64,000 nucleotides of DNA from a virus, in the IMG/VR virus record IMGVR_UViG_3300044712_001062, positions 71,062 through 135,061 of that record; one strand, 5' to 3'. Under the pieces are notes generated by a model, which made no database searches, was not told where the DNA came from, and saw only the letters and a program-made list of their open reading frames with translations. This document shows positions 18,430-29,474 of the stretch, piece by piece. Position 1 is the first letter of the stretch. Each line of letters opens with the position of its first letter. Made by a program: the position numbers and the translations under genes.

Positions 18430-18800
18430 TCGTCATTTGCCCAGGCATTGCAAAATCCAACTGCCAGTTTCTCAATCATCATCTCGAAAATACTATTGCC
18501 AAAGTCATTCAATGGCTTTTTCCTCTCCAAATACCCCAAAAAGTTATCGCAAACAATATGAACCATCTCATGAGTAACCGTCAGCATCCAATCAATGCCA
18601 ACCACATCCTTATTCACAAAAATAACATACTTATTAAGCGTCCTTTGCGACTCATAATATCCATGGACACAACCATCAATCCCCTTCAACTTAATATGAT
18701 CATCGTCAATAATCTCGCCATACACATCACAGTCATTCAACCTCATCAAATCCTGCAATTCGATAATATATCTGGCCAAATTTACATCATTCAATTCCAT
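18408..18800 (-). CDS. HExxH zincin-like metallopeptidase domain protein
   Basis: IFVNK...LTVTHEMVHI...E. Likely start MELNDV. Confidence 0.6.
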   Translation of the reverse strand: MELNDVNLARYIIELQDLMRLNDCDVYGEIIDDDHIKLKGIDGCVHGYYESQRTLNKYVIFVNKDVVGIDWMLTVTHEMVHIVCDNFLGYLERKKPLNDFGNSIFEMMIEKLAVGFCNAWANDECLLGDG

Positions 18801-18943
18801 ATAACAAACTATATACAACAACACATATAAAAGCCCAACCCAAAAGTTTAAATAATCTATTTTTTTCGATCTCAACGACTACTATTTGCGAACTTTTATA
18901 ACTCACGCGCACATAAAACCCTGCTAAAAAAGACCCGGAAAAA

Positions 18944-19007
18944 CTACTCTAACAAAAACAAAGGAAAAGGAAATGATCTTCCTCTTCTTTTATTCTTGCG
19001 TTGGGGT
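18944..19007 (-). ncRNA. hairpin sRNA family copy 3
   Basis: TTTATAAA at 19037, TTTGTATGTACC, R-rich/Y-rich stem, ending TTGTTAGAGTAG. Confidence 0.6.
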
Positions 19008-19088
19008 ACATACAAATAAGAATAACCAATTTATAAAACTATTGTTCCACGATAATTATTAATGTTATAATAACAAATATACTCGTAT

Positions 19089-19661
19089 ATGTTCATCAAA
19101 CCAATTCAAACACGATATCAAGGTTATAATTTTCGAAGTAGGCTTGAAGCACGTTGGGCAGTATTTTTCGACGCTTTAAACATCAACTGGGAATATGAAA
19201 GTGAAGGATATGTATTGCCAAATGGCAAAAATTATCTCCCAGATTTTTATTTACCACAAGTAAACATGTATGTAGAAGTAAAGCCAAAGATTGGTTTTGA
19301 TGAAATTGCTCTTTCTAAATGTAAAGAACTTGTAATGTCATTAAAATGTGGAATATTGCTTGCCGAAGGAATGCCAGGATCTACCCCAGTTATAAATGGC
19401 TATGAATATGGCGAGCAACTATACGAAGATGATGGAACATACATAAATCCAAACCCTGACGAATACATTGCGGCAAAATACCAATATCATCTATGGAATC
19501 CACATAATTACCATCAATGCGAAGGTAGATTTTATAACGATCCTGGTTGGTATCCCAATTATGTATATTATATGGACGAAATTTACAAAAATATCATCAA
19601 TGAAGCGGCGAACAAAGCAAAAAGTGCGAGATTTGAATTTGGTCAAAATGGCCCAACATAA
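19089..19661 (+). CDS. PD-(D/E)XK nuclease (phage endonuclease I-like)
   Basis: FRSRLEARWA...WEYE...YLPDFYL....VEVKP. Confidence 0.85.
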   Translation: MFIKPIQTRYQGYNFRSRLEARWAVFFDALNINWEYESEGYVLPNGKNYLPDFYLPQVNMYVEVKPKIGFDEIALSKCKELVMSLKCGILLAEGMPGSTPVINGYEYGEQLYEDDGTYINPNPDEYIAAKYQYHLWNPHNYHQCEGRFYNDPGWYPNYVYYMDEIYKNIINEAANKAKSARFEFGQNGPT

Positions 19662-19673
19662 AAAATTTAATCA

Positions 19674-20063
19674 TCAAATTTTAATAACCTTATAGTCATT
19701 TGGCAAATCCTCAACCTCATCCACCACAATCCCTTCTACAAATTTTGAATTATCCTCCTCAATGACCTCCAACTCCCAATTTTTACCATCATCATCTTCA
19801 GGTAAATCAAACGCCCTACTACATTTCGAACACAACGCATATCTACCAGACTTAAAAATCGGATTAACATAACATATCCTATAATTATAACTATAACATT
19901 CTGGGCACTTAATCTTCTCAAAAATAGGATCGTTTAATAAATCCTGCTCATCTACATCAAATGGTTGAACCTTCGTTACTTCATTCCATACATTCACAAC
20001 AACCCACATAATCACAAACATCAATAACATACCTATTAGTATTTCCACGATCATAACATACAA
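19674..20063 (-). CDS. membrane-anchored zinc-ribbon protein
   Basis: N-terminal TM segment; CPEC...CSKC. Confidence 0.6.
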   Translation of the reverse strand: MYVMIVEILIGMLLMFVIMWVVVNVWNEVTKVQPFDVDEQDLLNDPIFEKIKCPECYSYNYRICYVNPIFKSGRYALCSKCSRAFDLPEDDDGKNWELEVIEEDNSKFVEGIVVDEVEDLPNDYKVIKI

Positions 20064-20149
20064 AACACCTACCCATTATATATAAATATAGCACAAAAAT
20101 TTATATACTCAACCAACACCTTTAAATACTATAAATCCCAACTCATATT

Positions 20150-20635
20150 ATGGTTTTTATACTTACTCAAGAATACAATACTACCATTGGGAATGCTCCA
20201 GCCCGCGATATCCTGGATCTTCAAGGTTACACCAATTATCGCATTATCAAAGACGAAAATGGCGAATATAATGTATATATTGTATATGGAGAGCAATCCA
20301 ACGCTCTATTTAAAGTGCCAAGTGAAAAAGAATGTGTGACCATCATGCAAAATATCCTCACATACCACGCGAAGCATGAAAATCACATAATTTGCGATAT
20401 TAATGCCTTTTTAATCCCAGAAGTCAATCCCGAAGGCACAACAGTAGAAGAACTTCACGATCTAATCCTGGAAGTTGCCGAATTACATGGCTACGATGAA
20501 TTAGTCTCATTATATGAACATAAACTCGAAGAACTCGAAACCAATTTATCTGAAGATCCTAACTTCCAGTCAATAATGAACACTGTTGAAAAATTAGATA
20601 AAGGTATTGCACCACTTGGAGAACTCAAATTATGA
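20150..20635 (+). CDS. hypothetical acidic protein
   Basis: TTTAAATA box 29 nt upstream; 161 aa. Confidence 0.65.
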   Translation: MVFILTQEYNTTIGNAPARDILDLQGYTNYRIIKDENGEYNVYIVYGEQSNALFKVPSEKECVTIMQNILTYHAKHENHIICDINAFLIPEVNPEGTTVEELHDLILEVAELHGYDELVSLYEHKLEELETNLSEDPNFQSIMNTVEKLDKGIAPLGELKL

Positions 20636-21168
20636 TTCGCGATGAATGTCCAATATGCAAGAGTGGAGCATTTGGCCTCAAATGGACAAGGGATTATTTC
20701 GCACGAGACGACATAACCGCTCAAGATCTCGCAACTCACTTCAGCATAACCACTGAAGATGTCATGGATCACATTAACAACCATGAAATTTGCGTGGGAG
20801 TTACCACCACTTCAAATGGCCGACAAGTCAAAGAACTTCGAAGTCCCGATCTACTATTAGACGAATTGGGTGTTCTATACAGTATTGTTCGTGATTGTGT
20901 TGAATACATTCGTCAAGATGGCGAGTGGGATACCGTAAAAATTGATCAACTTACTAAATTATCCAAGGAATGCACAAACATAATCAGTAAAATAGGCGAG
21001 TTCCAAGGTCGTCTAAAGCCAACCACCACCATTGAAAATAAAATTCTACACGTTGAAGGAAATTTAAATACAGTAACCAGTTTACTTTCAGGAGGAATTC
21101 TATGTCCAACTTGCCAGAAAAAGGCAGATCGCATGATTGAAGACATTACACCAACACTCATTGAATAA
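20632..21168 (+). CDS. putative terminase small subunit (zinc-binding/HTH)
   Basis: Directly upstream of TerL; CPIC...HINNH, an HTH-like segment and C-terminal CPTC. Confidence 0.5.
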   Translation: MIRDECPICKSGAFGLKWTRDYFARDDITAQDLATHFSITTEDVMDHINNHEICVGVTTTSNGRQVKELRSPDLLLDELGVLYSIVRDCVEYIRQDGEWDTVKIDQLTKLSKECTNIISKIGEFQGRLKPTTTIENKILHVEGNLNTVTSLLSGGILCPTCQKKADRMIEDITPTLIE

Positions 21169-21206
21169 CCCACCTTTTTATATAACGTAAATATTCACTT
21201 TGATTA

Positions 21207-22682
21207 GTGTCAGAAACTTTATCACTCAAAGAACGCCTTGAATATGCCAAAACAGTCAATAAGGCACGCAACGATCCAATTTGGTTCTTAAGAGATGTGA
21301 TGGGATGGAAAACAATATTCCCAAAACAAGAAGAAATTATTAGAACATTTTATCAATATAAATATGATCAAACACTTCCGGAATTTAAAAAGTTAATAAT
21401 CAAAGCGGGTCAAAGATCGGGTAAAACGGTATTAGGAGGCAAGATAGCCTCTTTTGAATTTTTCGAACTGGTGAGTTTGGACAACCCACATGAACACTTC
21501 AATGTTCTTCCAAGTCAGCCAATTGCTATTTCTTGTGTTGCAGCAGGCCGTGAACAAGCAATGGACGGTATCTACGCAGTTATGCGCAATGATATTGAAC
21601 AAAGCGAGTGGTTTAATCAATGGTTCGATCTAAAAATCAATGATGGTCGAATTACCTGCCCAAAAAAGAATGTATTTGCCCAAGTGACTGCAGCGAAAGC
21701 AGGGAGTGGCGCAGGCACTGGATATACCTCAAAATTTTCATTAGCCGATGAAATAGACCTATTTCAGCAAACGGACTCCAAAGTGGGCGCAGAAATTGTT
21801 TGGTCAAAAATGGTTAACTCTACTCAAAGTTTAGGTATAAAAGGTAAGTGCATGGCCATTTCATCCACTCAATTTTCGGGTGGGATGATTGAAAAATTGT
21901 ACGGTGATGGAATATATGAAGATACCACATTAACTTACGATCTCAAAACATGGGAATGTAATCCACGATTCAATGAAGCCGCTCTCCGTGAAGAATATAA
22001 ATATAAAATGGAAATGTTCTGGAGAGATTTTGCAAATCGACCCGATGTATCTGGTGGACTAGTATTCCCACAAGGAGTTCGTTTCAACCGCAATATCACA
22101 AATGTATTCGAAACTGATCGAATTCCCGAAGAATCACAACGACATTATCATGTTCTTGCGTGCGATCCTGCATACCGCAACGATTCTTTTGGTATGTCAT
22201 GTGGGTATCGTGATGGCAATCACATAATTATCGACGGGGTAATGAAATTCGAAAAACGCGATACAAATGACGCATATGTCCTTCCATCCGACATCGAAGC
22301 AGGAATCGAAAAAGCAATACACGATCTCAATGTCACCACCCTCATATATGATACTGATACCATGATGCAAGTCATCGAGAAATGTGATAATCAATGGGGT
22401 GTTGAAACGCTTAAACATATTGCTGATTCTGAAGTTTATGGAACTTGGATGAGCCTGAATGATGATGTTGGTGAATTTAACTTGGATGTTGTATATAACG
22501 AACATTTAAAGAGAGAAGCCGAACAACTCATCAAAGTTCAAAAAGCACGAGGTATAAAAGTCGATCACACTGCCTACTCAAGCAAAGATTTGGCAGATAC
22601 GACTGCTCACTGTATTTGGTATTTAGCCAACAACGAAGGCGGATCCATCTACACCCCAAGTGGTGGAATATACCGCATCTAA
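21207..22682 (+). CDS. terL: terminase large subunit
   Basis: GQRSGKT Walker A, LADEID Walker B, ISS coupling motif, ACDPA...DSFG and KDLAD nuclease motifs. Confidence 0.93.
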   Translation: MSETLSLKERLEYAKTVNKARNDPIWFLRDVMGWKTIFPKQEEIIRTFYQYKYDQTLPEFKKLIIKAGQRSGKTVLGGKIASFEFFELVSLDNPHEHFNVLPSQPIAISCVAAGREQAMDGIYAVMRNDIEQSEWFNQWFDLKINDGRITCPKKNVFAQVTAAKAGSGAGTGYTSKFSLADEIDLFQQTDSKVGAEIVWSKMVNSTQSLGIKGKCMAISSTQFSGGMIEKLYGDGIYEDTTLTYDLKTWECNPRFNEAALREEYKYKMEMFWRDFANRPDVSGGLVFPQGVRFNRNITNVFETDRIPEESQRHYHVLACDPAYRNDSFGMSCGYRDGNHIIIDGVMKFEKRDTNDAYVLPSDIEAGIEKAIHDLNVTTLIYDTDTMMQVIEKCDNQWGVETLKHIADSEVYGTWMSLNDDVGEFNLDVVYNEHLKREAEQLIKVQKARGIKVDHTAYSSKDLADTTAHCIWYLANNEGGSIYTPSGGIYRI

Positions 22683-22699
22683 TTTTTATTCCCACTCCA

Positions 22700-22715
22700 T
22701 TTATATAAGGACAAT
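22700..22715 (+). promoter_or_regulatory. putative late promoter TTTATATAAGGACAAT
   Basis: Identical 16-mer at 22700, 24751 and 32372. Variants (TATA + (G/C/T)GTAAA) at 21177, 30670, 33491, 40541 and 53531, all upstream of structural genes. Confidence 0.75.
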
Positions 22716-22820
22716 AACCTCATTTCATCACACGATCATTGGATCGTCAAACTCCGAAGCAATTGAGGTGTGGAAATCCTCACACTATATTATCCAATTG
22801 TTTTGTCGGGATAGAAGCCA

Positions 22821-24500
22821 ATGGCTCTCCCAGAGTATAATGAGGTTGAATTTATGTCTGAAACAAAATCGAAGCGTAGACAACGCTATAAATTTTCTGC
22901 AGCCTCCAATCGAACGCCAAACAAATTGCCAACGCAATCTTTTACTCGTCCGTGCGTATCGGGAGTCGCTGTTCATCAGGCAAATTCATCTAATTTCGTT
23001 AATTTTTTAAACGGCATATCGGACTTCGCGAATGAGCCAAAAGACGATCTTCTCGAACACATGTATACCATGGAACCCGAGATCGCAAGTGCAGTGGACA
23101 GTTTCGCACTTATGGTTCGCGAATCCTTTAAATACTTTGATGTAATTAACGATACAGAATTAGATAATTTGCCAGACAAATTAGAAATTGACGATCAAAC
23201 ATTTGATTTCTCCAAGGCCAATAACAAATTACTTCGTGAAATGGTAGATGTCGCCAATAAACTTTCCAAGGAACTTGACATCAAAAATCTATACGAAATT
23301 TATGCATCAGTATTGTTCATGCATGGGAATCTATTCCTTAAAATCAACAAAAACTTATCATTAACAGTCCTTCCAAATGATCGCGTAACAGTATTAGACA
23401 CCCTCAACCGCCTGCAGGATTCAGCAAGTGGTAATACAATCGACGATCTCATGATGCAGGCTAATTTCCTCGTTGTTGATGAAAATTTAGACACCCAGAA
23501 AATCTACAACAAAGGCGAGTTCATCATCATCAGATTCCGCGACACCCCACTCTATGTTGAAGACTCTAAAGGCCGAGTAACCTACGGAATATACGGTGTT
23601 TCGCCACTTCGACGCACTATCATCCCAGTATGGTATAAGCGTATTATTATGGCCAATGACGCACTCTGGCGATACCGAAACGTCCCACGCCTGCACGTAC
23701 AATTGGCAGCCGAATCATTCAATTCGTTGAACTTCCAGGGAAATCCAGAACTTCGCCGCCAAAAAGCCGAAGGTGCAGCAACATCCGCATTATCACAGCA
23801 AGCCGCTGTAATGGAAGAACAAGGCCCCGATCAAGCATTCATCACATTGGACACCACTAAAATTTCCACGGTGGACGCTAATTCCGGCGGATATATGCAA
23901 GCAAATGAACTTCTAAACCAAGTTAATGAATCTATATTTTCAGCCGTTAATATGCCCGTCTCGATCATCAAGGGAGTTTCATCATCCAATTATGCAAGTG
24001 AACTTGTGATATACGCACATGCAAGCATAAAAGTTGCCCAAATCGCTGATAAAATTTCCCGAGTAATCCTCAAGATCATGAAGGAAAGACTTCGTCTTAT
24101 CAACCCATCATATCCAGTTGAATTCCTCGAATGCAATATAAGCGCAGACATCAGTGCAAACCCACTTGACAACCTCAAAAAGGCTCAATTCAAATACGCA
24201 ATGTCTGGATGCTACACAGAAACCGAAATACGACGAACTACCGGTGATAAACCCCTTACCGAAGAACAAAAGAATTCCAGCGAACTCATCAAGAAGTTCG
24301 AAGCAGAAGTCAAAAATCTCAACACAAAACAAACAACATTTGCTGATTACAACACACCTGGTGGAAATTCCAATGGGCAAACATCATACCCAACCACCTC
24401 TCATAGCGCTGACAAACAACCAACAGACACCGCACAAGCCGTCATCAACAAAGGGGCCAACAGCAAAATAAACGAAAAAACCGGAATGAAACCCATCTAA
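22821..24500 (+). CDS. portal protein
   Basis: Follows TerL; 559 aa; HGNLF, YGIYGVSPL and SSNYAS portal-type motifs. The start may be 22854. Confidence 0.85.
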   Translation: MALPEYNEVEFMSETKSKRRQRYKFSAASNRTPNKLPTQSFTRPCVSGVAVHQANSSNFVNFLNGISDFANEPKDDLLEHMYTMEPEIASAVDSFALMVRESFKYFDVINDTELDNLPDKLEIDDQTFDFSKANNKLLREMVDVANKLSKELDIKNLYEIYASVLFMHGNLFLKINKNLSLTVLPNDRVTVLDTLNRLQDSASGNTIDDLMMQANFLVVDENLDTQKIYNKGEFIIIRFRDTPLYVEDSKGRVTYGIYGVSPLRRTIIPVWYKRIIMANDALWRYRNVPRLHVQLAAESFNSLNFQGNPELRRQKAEGAATSALSQQAAVMEEQGPDQAFITLDTTKISTVDANSGGYMQANELLNQVNESIFSAVNMPVSIIKGVSSSNYASELVIYAHASIKVAQIADKISRVILKIMKERLRLINPSYPVEFLECNISADISANPLDNLKKAQFKYAMSGCYTETEIRRTTGDKPLTEEQKNSSELIKKFEAEVKNLNTKQTTFADYNTPGGNSNGQTSYPTTSHSADKQPTDTAQAVINKGANSKINEKTGMKPI

Positions 24501-24590
24501 ATTTTTCATTTTTACGCGACAAATCTCAAGGCTCATATGGAGAACCAATTCCCTAACACCACAATTTTTGAAAGAACAAACGCCCCCAAA

Positions 24591-24661
24591 TACTCCTTAA
24601 CAAAACGAAAAAGAAAGTCCGGATCTCATCCCGTCTTCCTGTTCATTTTGTTGCGTGAGGC
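24591..24661 (-). ncRNA. hairpin sRNA family copy 4
   Basis: TTTATATA at 24692, TTTGTATGTGCC, R-rich/Y-rich stem, ending TTGTTAAGGAGTA. Lies between portal and protease genes. Confidence 0.6.
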
Positions 24662-24785
24662 ACATACAAATATACTCTTAACTATATATAAAACTATTGT
24701 ATAATATACATTTTTAATACTTAAAATTATAAAACATTATTATCACTACCTTTATATAAGGACAATTTTATAAATCTTTGCCAAG

Positions 24786-25910
24786 ATGTCAATCCACAAT
24801 CATGTTAAGGATTTCCAAACATATGTCATTGATAGCCCCATTGTAACTGCGGGTAAATTTACTGACAAATCTGGGAAAACTCTTGAATTATCAAGCGATG
24901 ATGTGGCGAGTATCTTCAACGATGTTAACAGCCAAGTTGAACTAATTGATGTTCATGACGGAAAGGACGTAATTGGCAAAGTCCAGAAATACGTGTTAAA
25001 TAATGACTCGATTCACGCTAAAATTTTGATTACGAATCCTGCCAAATTTGATTTAATGCGTAAAAATGGCTTCCATTCACTCTCTCCTGAAATCTCTATT
25101 GATCGCCACGAACATTCAATTTCTGCTTCTTTGGATAAAATTGCAATGAGTTGCAAACCAGGTATGGTAAGTGAGCAATTTATGACTGAAGTTTTAAAAT
25201 TTGACGCACCTGAAAGTGTTGATGCTCAAATTACTAATGATGCATGGAAAGAACCTCTTGGTGAAATTTCCAAGAAATTGAACGAATTGAATGAGAAAAT
25301 GACCGCACAAAATGTAACTACACCTGCTGTGGAGTCAAAACCTGCAGCGGATCCAAATACCGTGACCATGAGCAAGGATGATCTATCAGCATTAATCAGA
25401 TCGTCTATTGAGGAATACGCAAAATCGTCTACTCCAAAAGTAGAAGAACCCATTGCAAAGCCAGTTGTCGAAAATGAGAGTACTAGTGAACCTTCACCAG
25501 AGATCATGGATAAACTCAACAAGGTTTCCGCTGAATATGAGAAACTTCTCAAACGTCAGAAGGACAGCCTAATGAGTGATATCAAGGCTCTTGGTGTCGC
25601 AAATCCGGATAAACTAGTTCTTGATTCGGGGTTGGATCTTTCACAGCAAATCGTAATGCTTGAGCGAATCAAGGAGAATTTTGCTAACTCACCAATAAGC
25701 GAACCTCTTGATGGAGCAGTTTCCAGTTCCTCACCAAGTTCGACAAAACCATTGGATGTAGATACTCTCCTTGCCAGTGAATCATTCGAAAGTGCGAACG
25801 ATCCTGAACTGCGTCACAAATTAATGAGAATGAGTGACCCAGTTCTGATGCGAAAATACAATATGAATGTCCTATTTGACCCAAATGGGAATTTTATTGG
25901 ACAATTATAA
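24786..25910 (+). CDS. prohead protease / scaffold fusion
   Basis: N-terminal Mu-like protease motifs (IDVHD, SLSPEI) and an acidic coiled-coil C-terminus; positioned before the capsid gene. Confidence 0.75.
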   Translation: MSIHNHVKDFQTYVIDSPIVTAGKFTDKSGKTLELSSDDVASIFNDVNSQVELIDVHDGKDVIGKVQKYVLNNDSIHAKILITNPAKFDLMRKNGFHSLSPEISIDRHEHSISASLDKIAMSCKPGMVSEQFMTEVLKFDAPESVDAQITNDAWKEPLGEISKKLNELNEKMTAQNVTTPAVESKPAADPNTVTMSKDDLSALIRSSIEEYAKSSTPKVEEPIAKPVVENESTSEPSPEIMDKLNKVSAEYEKLLKRQKDSLMSDIKALGVANPDKLVLDSGLDLSQQIVMLERIKENFANSPISEPLDGAVSSSSPSSTKPLDVDTLLASESFESANDPELRHKLMRMSDPVLMRKYNMNVLFDPNGNFIGQL

Positions 25911-25981
25911 TTATATTTATAAATTTTTATAAATAAAGTTATATATAATCACAAATTCCAAGAATCATTAAGTGATGACCT

Positions 25982-26557
25982 ATGAAGATACCAAACATTC
26001 TCGGTATTGGTTTCCGTGTTCTCTTCAAAAACGGAGAACAGCAAGAGGCAAACCAGATTACCAACATGACCTATGCAACCCCTTATCAGATTAAGTTCGA
26101 AGGGCTGCTTGTAGAGACCGACAAACTATCCACTGCATACGATGCAGATGCCACCCCTACCCAGTGTGTTGCAGTTCCTGCAGCCAATGGTGAATACGTA
26201 GACGGATGGGCATACATCACTACATACACACCACACCCGCTTCCTGGTGGCTCAAATGTAATTTACCCAACTGATGCACAGGTTGCAGGTTCTGGATATT
26301 CTACTGAATACACTGAATGGCCCGACGTTACCATCGTTCCTCTGATCCCAGGGCAACTCGTTGGTATGCCAATCTATGCAGACACTTCCATGGCATATGC
26401 CGCAGAAGTAGCCGCAGCAACTGGTGGATTCATCAAGACTGCAGCATCTGGACAGTGGGTTATTGGTAAAGTTGAGTGGGCCGCTGACAACACAGGCGGG
26501 GCTTCTGGCGCAAAGACTGCATCGGTGCGTGTATGTCACCAGTACAAGAAGGCTTGA
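25982..26557 (+). CDS. capsid decoration/cement protein
   Basis: Immediately before the MCP gene; A/G-rich beta-type C-terminus (GQWVIGKV...A). Confidence 0.6.
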   Translation: MKIPNILGIGFRVLFKNGEQQEANQITNMTYATPYQIKFEGLLVETDKLSTAYDADATPTQCVAVPAANGEYVDGWAYITTYTPHPLPGGSNVIYPTDAQVAGSGYSTEYTEWPDVTIVPLIPGQLVGMPIYADTSMAYAAEVAAATGGFIKTAASGQWVIGKVEWAADNTGGASGAKTASVRVCHQYKKA

Positions 26558-26568
26558 GGTGATTTAAC

Positions 26569-27519
26569 ATGGTAGATAAACATATTATAGGATCTAACGT
26601 ATCCGTTGGAGAAGGCGTCCTTAAAGCAGGCACTCTTTCACTTACTCAACTCATCGATCTGACTTCTTACGAGCAGATGGAGTTTTATGGGGCTGCATCT
26701 TTCAAGAATGTAACCAATCTTGATGTGCACCGTGAATTCACCAAGCGTCTAACTGGTGGAGTATTCGACAGTTCTGAAGGTGGAATGGTTCCCTACACCA
26801 CTGATGAAGTGTTCGAGAAATTCATTCACCTGAACAAGAGCCGATTCGCTGTCAAACTCACTGATGAGTCCAAGATTCGTCGTGACATGGCATTCCAGTT
26901 GAACAGCGCAATTGATCGTGCTGGTGAAACTTTCGCTAACAAGCGAGACCTTAACATCCTCAATGCAATCAAGAACGGCTACGGAGTTACCAAGGCTGCT
27001 TCCGCACAGTGGGATGCTGCAGGTGCTGATGTAACTGGTGATATTGGTGGACTTCTTGACACTCTCTTCAACAAAGAAGATGTTAGTGTTCGTGAAGGCG
27101 ACATCAATGGTATGAAAATTTATTACCCACTGAAACTGTTCTCACAGATTCGTGAACCAGCCCGTCTCATGTCTGCAACCTCACAGGTCGCAAGCCGAAT
27201 TCAGGTCAACACTTCTGATCTTGAATGGTCCAAGGACACCTATGGCGTTGAATGGATTGGTAGCACTAAACTGAACTACCTTGGAAATGTCTACGCTGTA
27301 ATTCCAACCCCTAACAAGACTCTCGATCACTACACCTACACTGGCCCTGACGCACCTGGCGTTGAGCGTGCCCGTGATATCTACAGTGGTAGTGAAATGT
27401 TCGTTCACACCAAGTACTTCAATTCAATGGTAATCCCAGAGAATGAAGACACTCTGAACAACAACTATCGTATCATGAGAATCAGCGGTGTATGTGCAGC
27501 AAGCACCTTCACACCCTAA
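26569..27519 (+). CDS. major capsid protein (HK97 fold)
   Basis: Position, 316-aa size, SEGG.VP motif, spine-helix-like ANKRDLNILNAI, strong GAGGTGA SD and optimised codon style. Confidence 0.8.
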   Translation: MVDKHIIGSNVSVGEGVLKAGTLSLTQLIDLTSYEQMEFYGAASFKNVTNLDVHREFTKRLTGGVFDSSEGGMVPYTTDEVFEKFIHLNKSRFAVKLTDESKIRRDMAFQLNSAIDRAGETFANKRDLNILNAIKNGYGVTKAASAQWDAAGADVTGDIGGLLDTLFNKEDVSVREGDINGMKIYYPLKLFSQIREPARLMSATSQVASRIQVNTSDLEWSKDTYGVEWIGSTKLNYLGNVYAVIPTPNKTLDHYTYTGPDAPGVERARDIYSGSEMFVHTKYFNSMVIPENEDTLNNNYRIMRISGVCAASTFTP

Positions 27520-27570
27520 TTCTAATAATTTTTGACTATCTCTAATTTTTTGAATCAAAGGTAAATCTCA

Positions 27571-28002
27571 ATGGCAGTCGATCTATCTAATTTAATATTC
27601 GTGTTGAGGGATAAACTCAGTGAAATCGGTATTGATCATTACGATGATCGACTTGCATATCGAGATTTGAAAGATGCAAGTGATACCATAGACATGATCG
27701 CCTTACAATTACAGGTCGATCTAACTGATTATACTGAATTCCCAACGAAACACATAGAGCGATGTACGGTTCGAGTCGGTACATATCACGCTTATAGAAA
27801 TTATACAAGGCTCGCAGAACGTCAGAATGGTTCATTACCAAGTGCAGCGGGATTGACCGTAACATACGATATCACAGATGCTAAAAACTGTCTATCACTG
27901 CTATTTGGCACAACCTTTACTGATGAATTGATACCCGAGGTAATTGAGCGAGGAATCTTACCAATTGCAACAGGTCAAGGCCCCTCAATTATTAATCCAT
28001 GA
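27571..28002 (+). CDS. head-tail adaptor
   Basis: Follows the MCP gene; helical, 143 aa. Confidence 0.55.
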   Translation: MAVDLSNLIFVLRDKLSEIGIDHYDDRLAYRDLKDASDTIDMIALQLQVDLTDYTEFPTKHIERCTVRVGTYHAYRNYTRLAERQNGSLPSAAGLTVTYDITDAKNCLSLLFGTTFTDELIPEVIERGILPIATGQGPSIINP

Positions 28003-28937
28003 CCTCCAATACTCGTTTTTTCCGCATTAGAGTAAATCAAACTTTATTCCATAGCAAACCTTCCACCGATAAAAACATCCAAAGTGTAGAACTTGGAAAA
28101 AACATCTACTTTTACATGTCTAAATCTTATAGAATCGAACAATCACGTGATGCTCATATAAAATTTGGACAAGACATGAGCAAGCAAATCCAAAATATCA
28201 TTAAAACTGAAGCCATGCAATTACAAAAATTTTGGTATGATCACGTTAACCAATATTTTGATCGCAGGGCCTCCCATTACAACAAATGGACAAAACAAGG
28301 TTCGTGGATCCGCACTACCAAGAGACGAAACTTACATCCCTCGCCATCAGACAAACCCAGTGCAATGTATAACACGACTCGTCAACACACTGGGCAACTT
28401 CGCAAAGCCCTGAAGATTGGCCGCATAACACCCATGGCCATTGAATTATATGTTGCTCCATGTTCAGCAAAAACAAATCGCCGTGACTACGTAGAAATAC
28501 TTGTCAAAGGTGCATCACCAGGACCACGAGCATACATCCCAGACTTCGATTTCAGAATCAAAAATGGAACTTGGAAAGGAATCCCCAAATCATATTGGGC
28601 GATGTGGCAAATGGCCTTTCTAAAGCAAATTGAAGTTGCTGAAAAACGAGCAAATGCCAAAATTGAAAAACTAATCAACAATATGGGAATATTACACCAA
28701 AAAGATTTACGTGCCATTCGTGAACGATCATCCCGAAATAAACAATATATTGCTGAAATGGATGAACTTGATGAAAATTACTCCAAGCAATTTGATCGTA
28801 AAACATTCGATGAATCAATGGAACGAAAAGCCAATTACTGGGAAAATTACCCAATATGGGAGCAAATCAAACAAACAAACAAAGAATATGCACAAAATTT
28901 CAGAAAAAATTTCAAAGCATCACGTAGAGTAATATAA
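27999..28937 (+). CDS. neck/tail-completion protein (HK97 gp10-like motif)
   Basis: Basic; contains the HTGQLRKAL motif; position in the neck module. Confidence 0.5.
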   Translation: MTSNTRFFRIRVNQTLFHSKPSTDKNIQSVELGKNIYFYMSKSYRIEQSRDAHIKFGQDMSKQIQNIIKTEAMQLQKFWYDHVNQYFDRRASHYNKWTKQGSWIRTTKRRNLHPSPSDKPSAMYNTTRQHTGQLRKALKIGRITPMAIELYVAPCSAKTNRRDYVEILVKGASPGPRAYIPDFDFRIKNGTWKGIPKSYWAMWQMAFLKQIEVAEKRANAKIEKLINNMGILHQKDLRAIRERSSRNKQYIAEMDELDENYSKQFDRKTFDESMERKANYWENYPIWEQIKQTNKEYAQNFRKNFKASRRVI

Positions 28938-28964
28938 TAATCGAAAAACATAGAGGTTCTCATT

Positions 28965-29366
28965 ATGGTAGTTAGATTAAAAAGACAACAAGACTGCAAA
29001 TTGGAAGTTGAAAAATCCTTATCGAAATTAGGCTATAAAAATTCACCACGCCTTCAAGAAGCAATGGCCAATAAAGAATGTGTAGTGACGTTCACTGATG
29101 TCCCAATTGACATTTATACAAATGAAAGTTATGCAGTTGATGTTGAATTGTGCATTGAATTGAACATTGATAACAATAATGAATTTCCATATACCATATT
29201 AGAGATCATTGAAAATGTAACTCGTGATGTTGAAGCAAGTGGCGCCCCATGGTGCACTGGATTTAGATTTACCAAACCCACCTACAGCACACTTGGAGAA
29301 ACCATCAATGTCCACTTATATGCGATTTATCCAATGGAACTTGACTGGATCGACAACAATAATTGA
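28965..29366 (+). CDS. putative tail terminator
   Basis: Acidic 133 aa immediately before the tail tube gene. Confidence 0.5.
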   Translation: MVVRLKRQQDCKLEVEKSLSKLGYKNSPRLQEAMANKECVVTFTDVPIDIYTNESYAVDVELCIELNIDNNNEFPYTILEIIENVTRDVEASGAPWCTGFRFTKPTYSTLGETINVHLYAIYPMELDWIDNNN

Positions 29367-29474
29367 TCATTAAACCATTTAAACCCATTTTTTAACTTTC
29401 ATAATTTACACTGCATATAAATGAGGTAAATAAAGATCATCTATCACCTTTGATCAAGAGGAGAAAATAAGACC

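Noticed and set aside
21207-22682. Intein or intron in the terminase
   Set aside because: Normal length (491 aa), contiguous motifs and no intein splice-junction signature.
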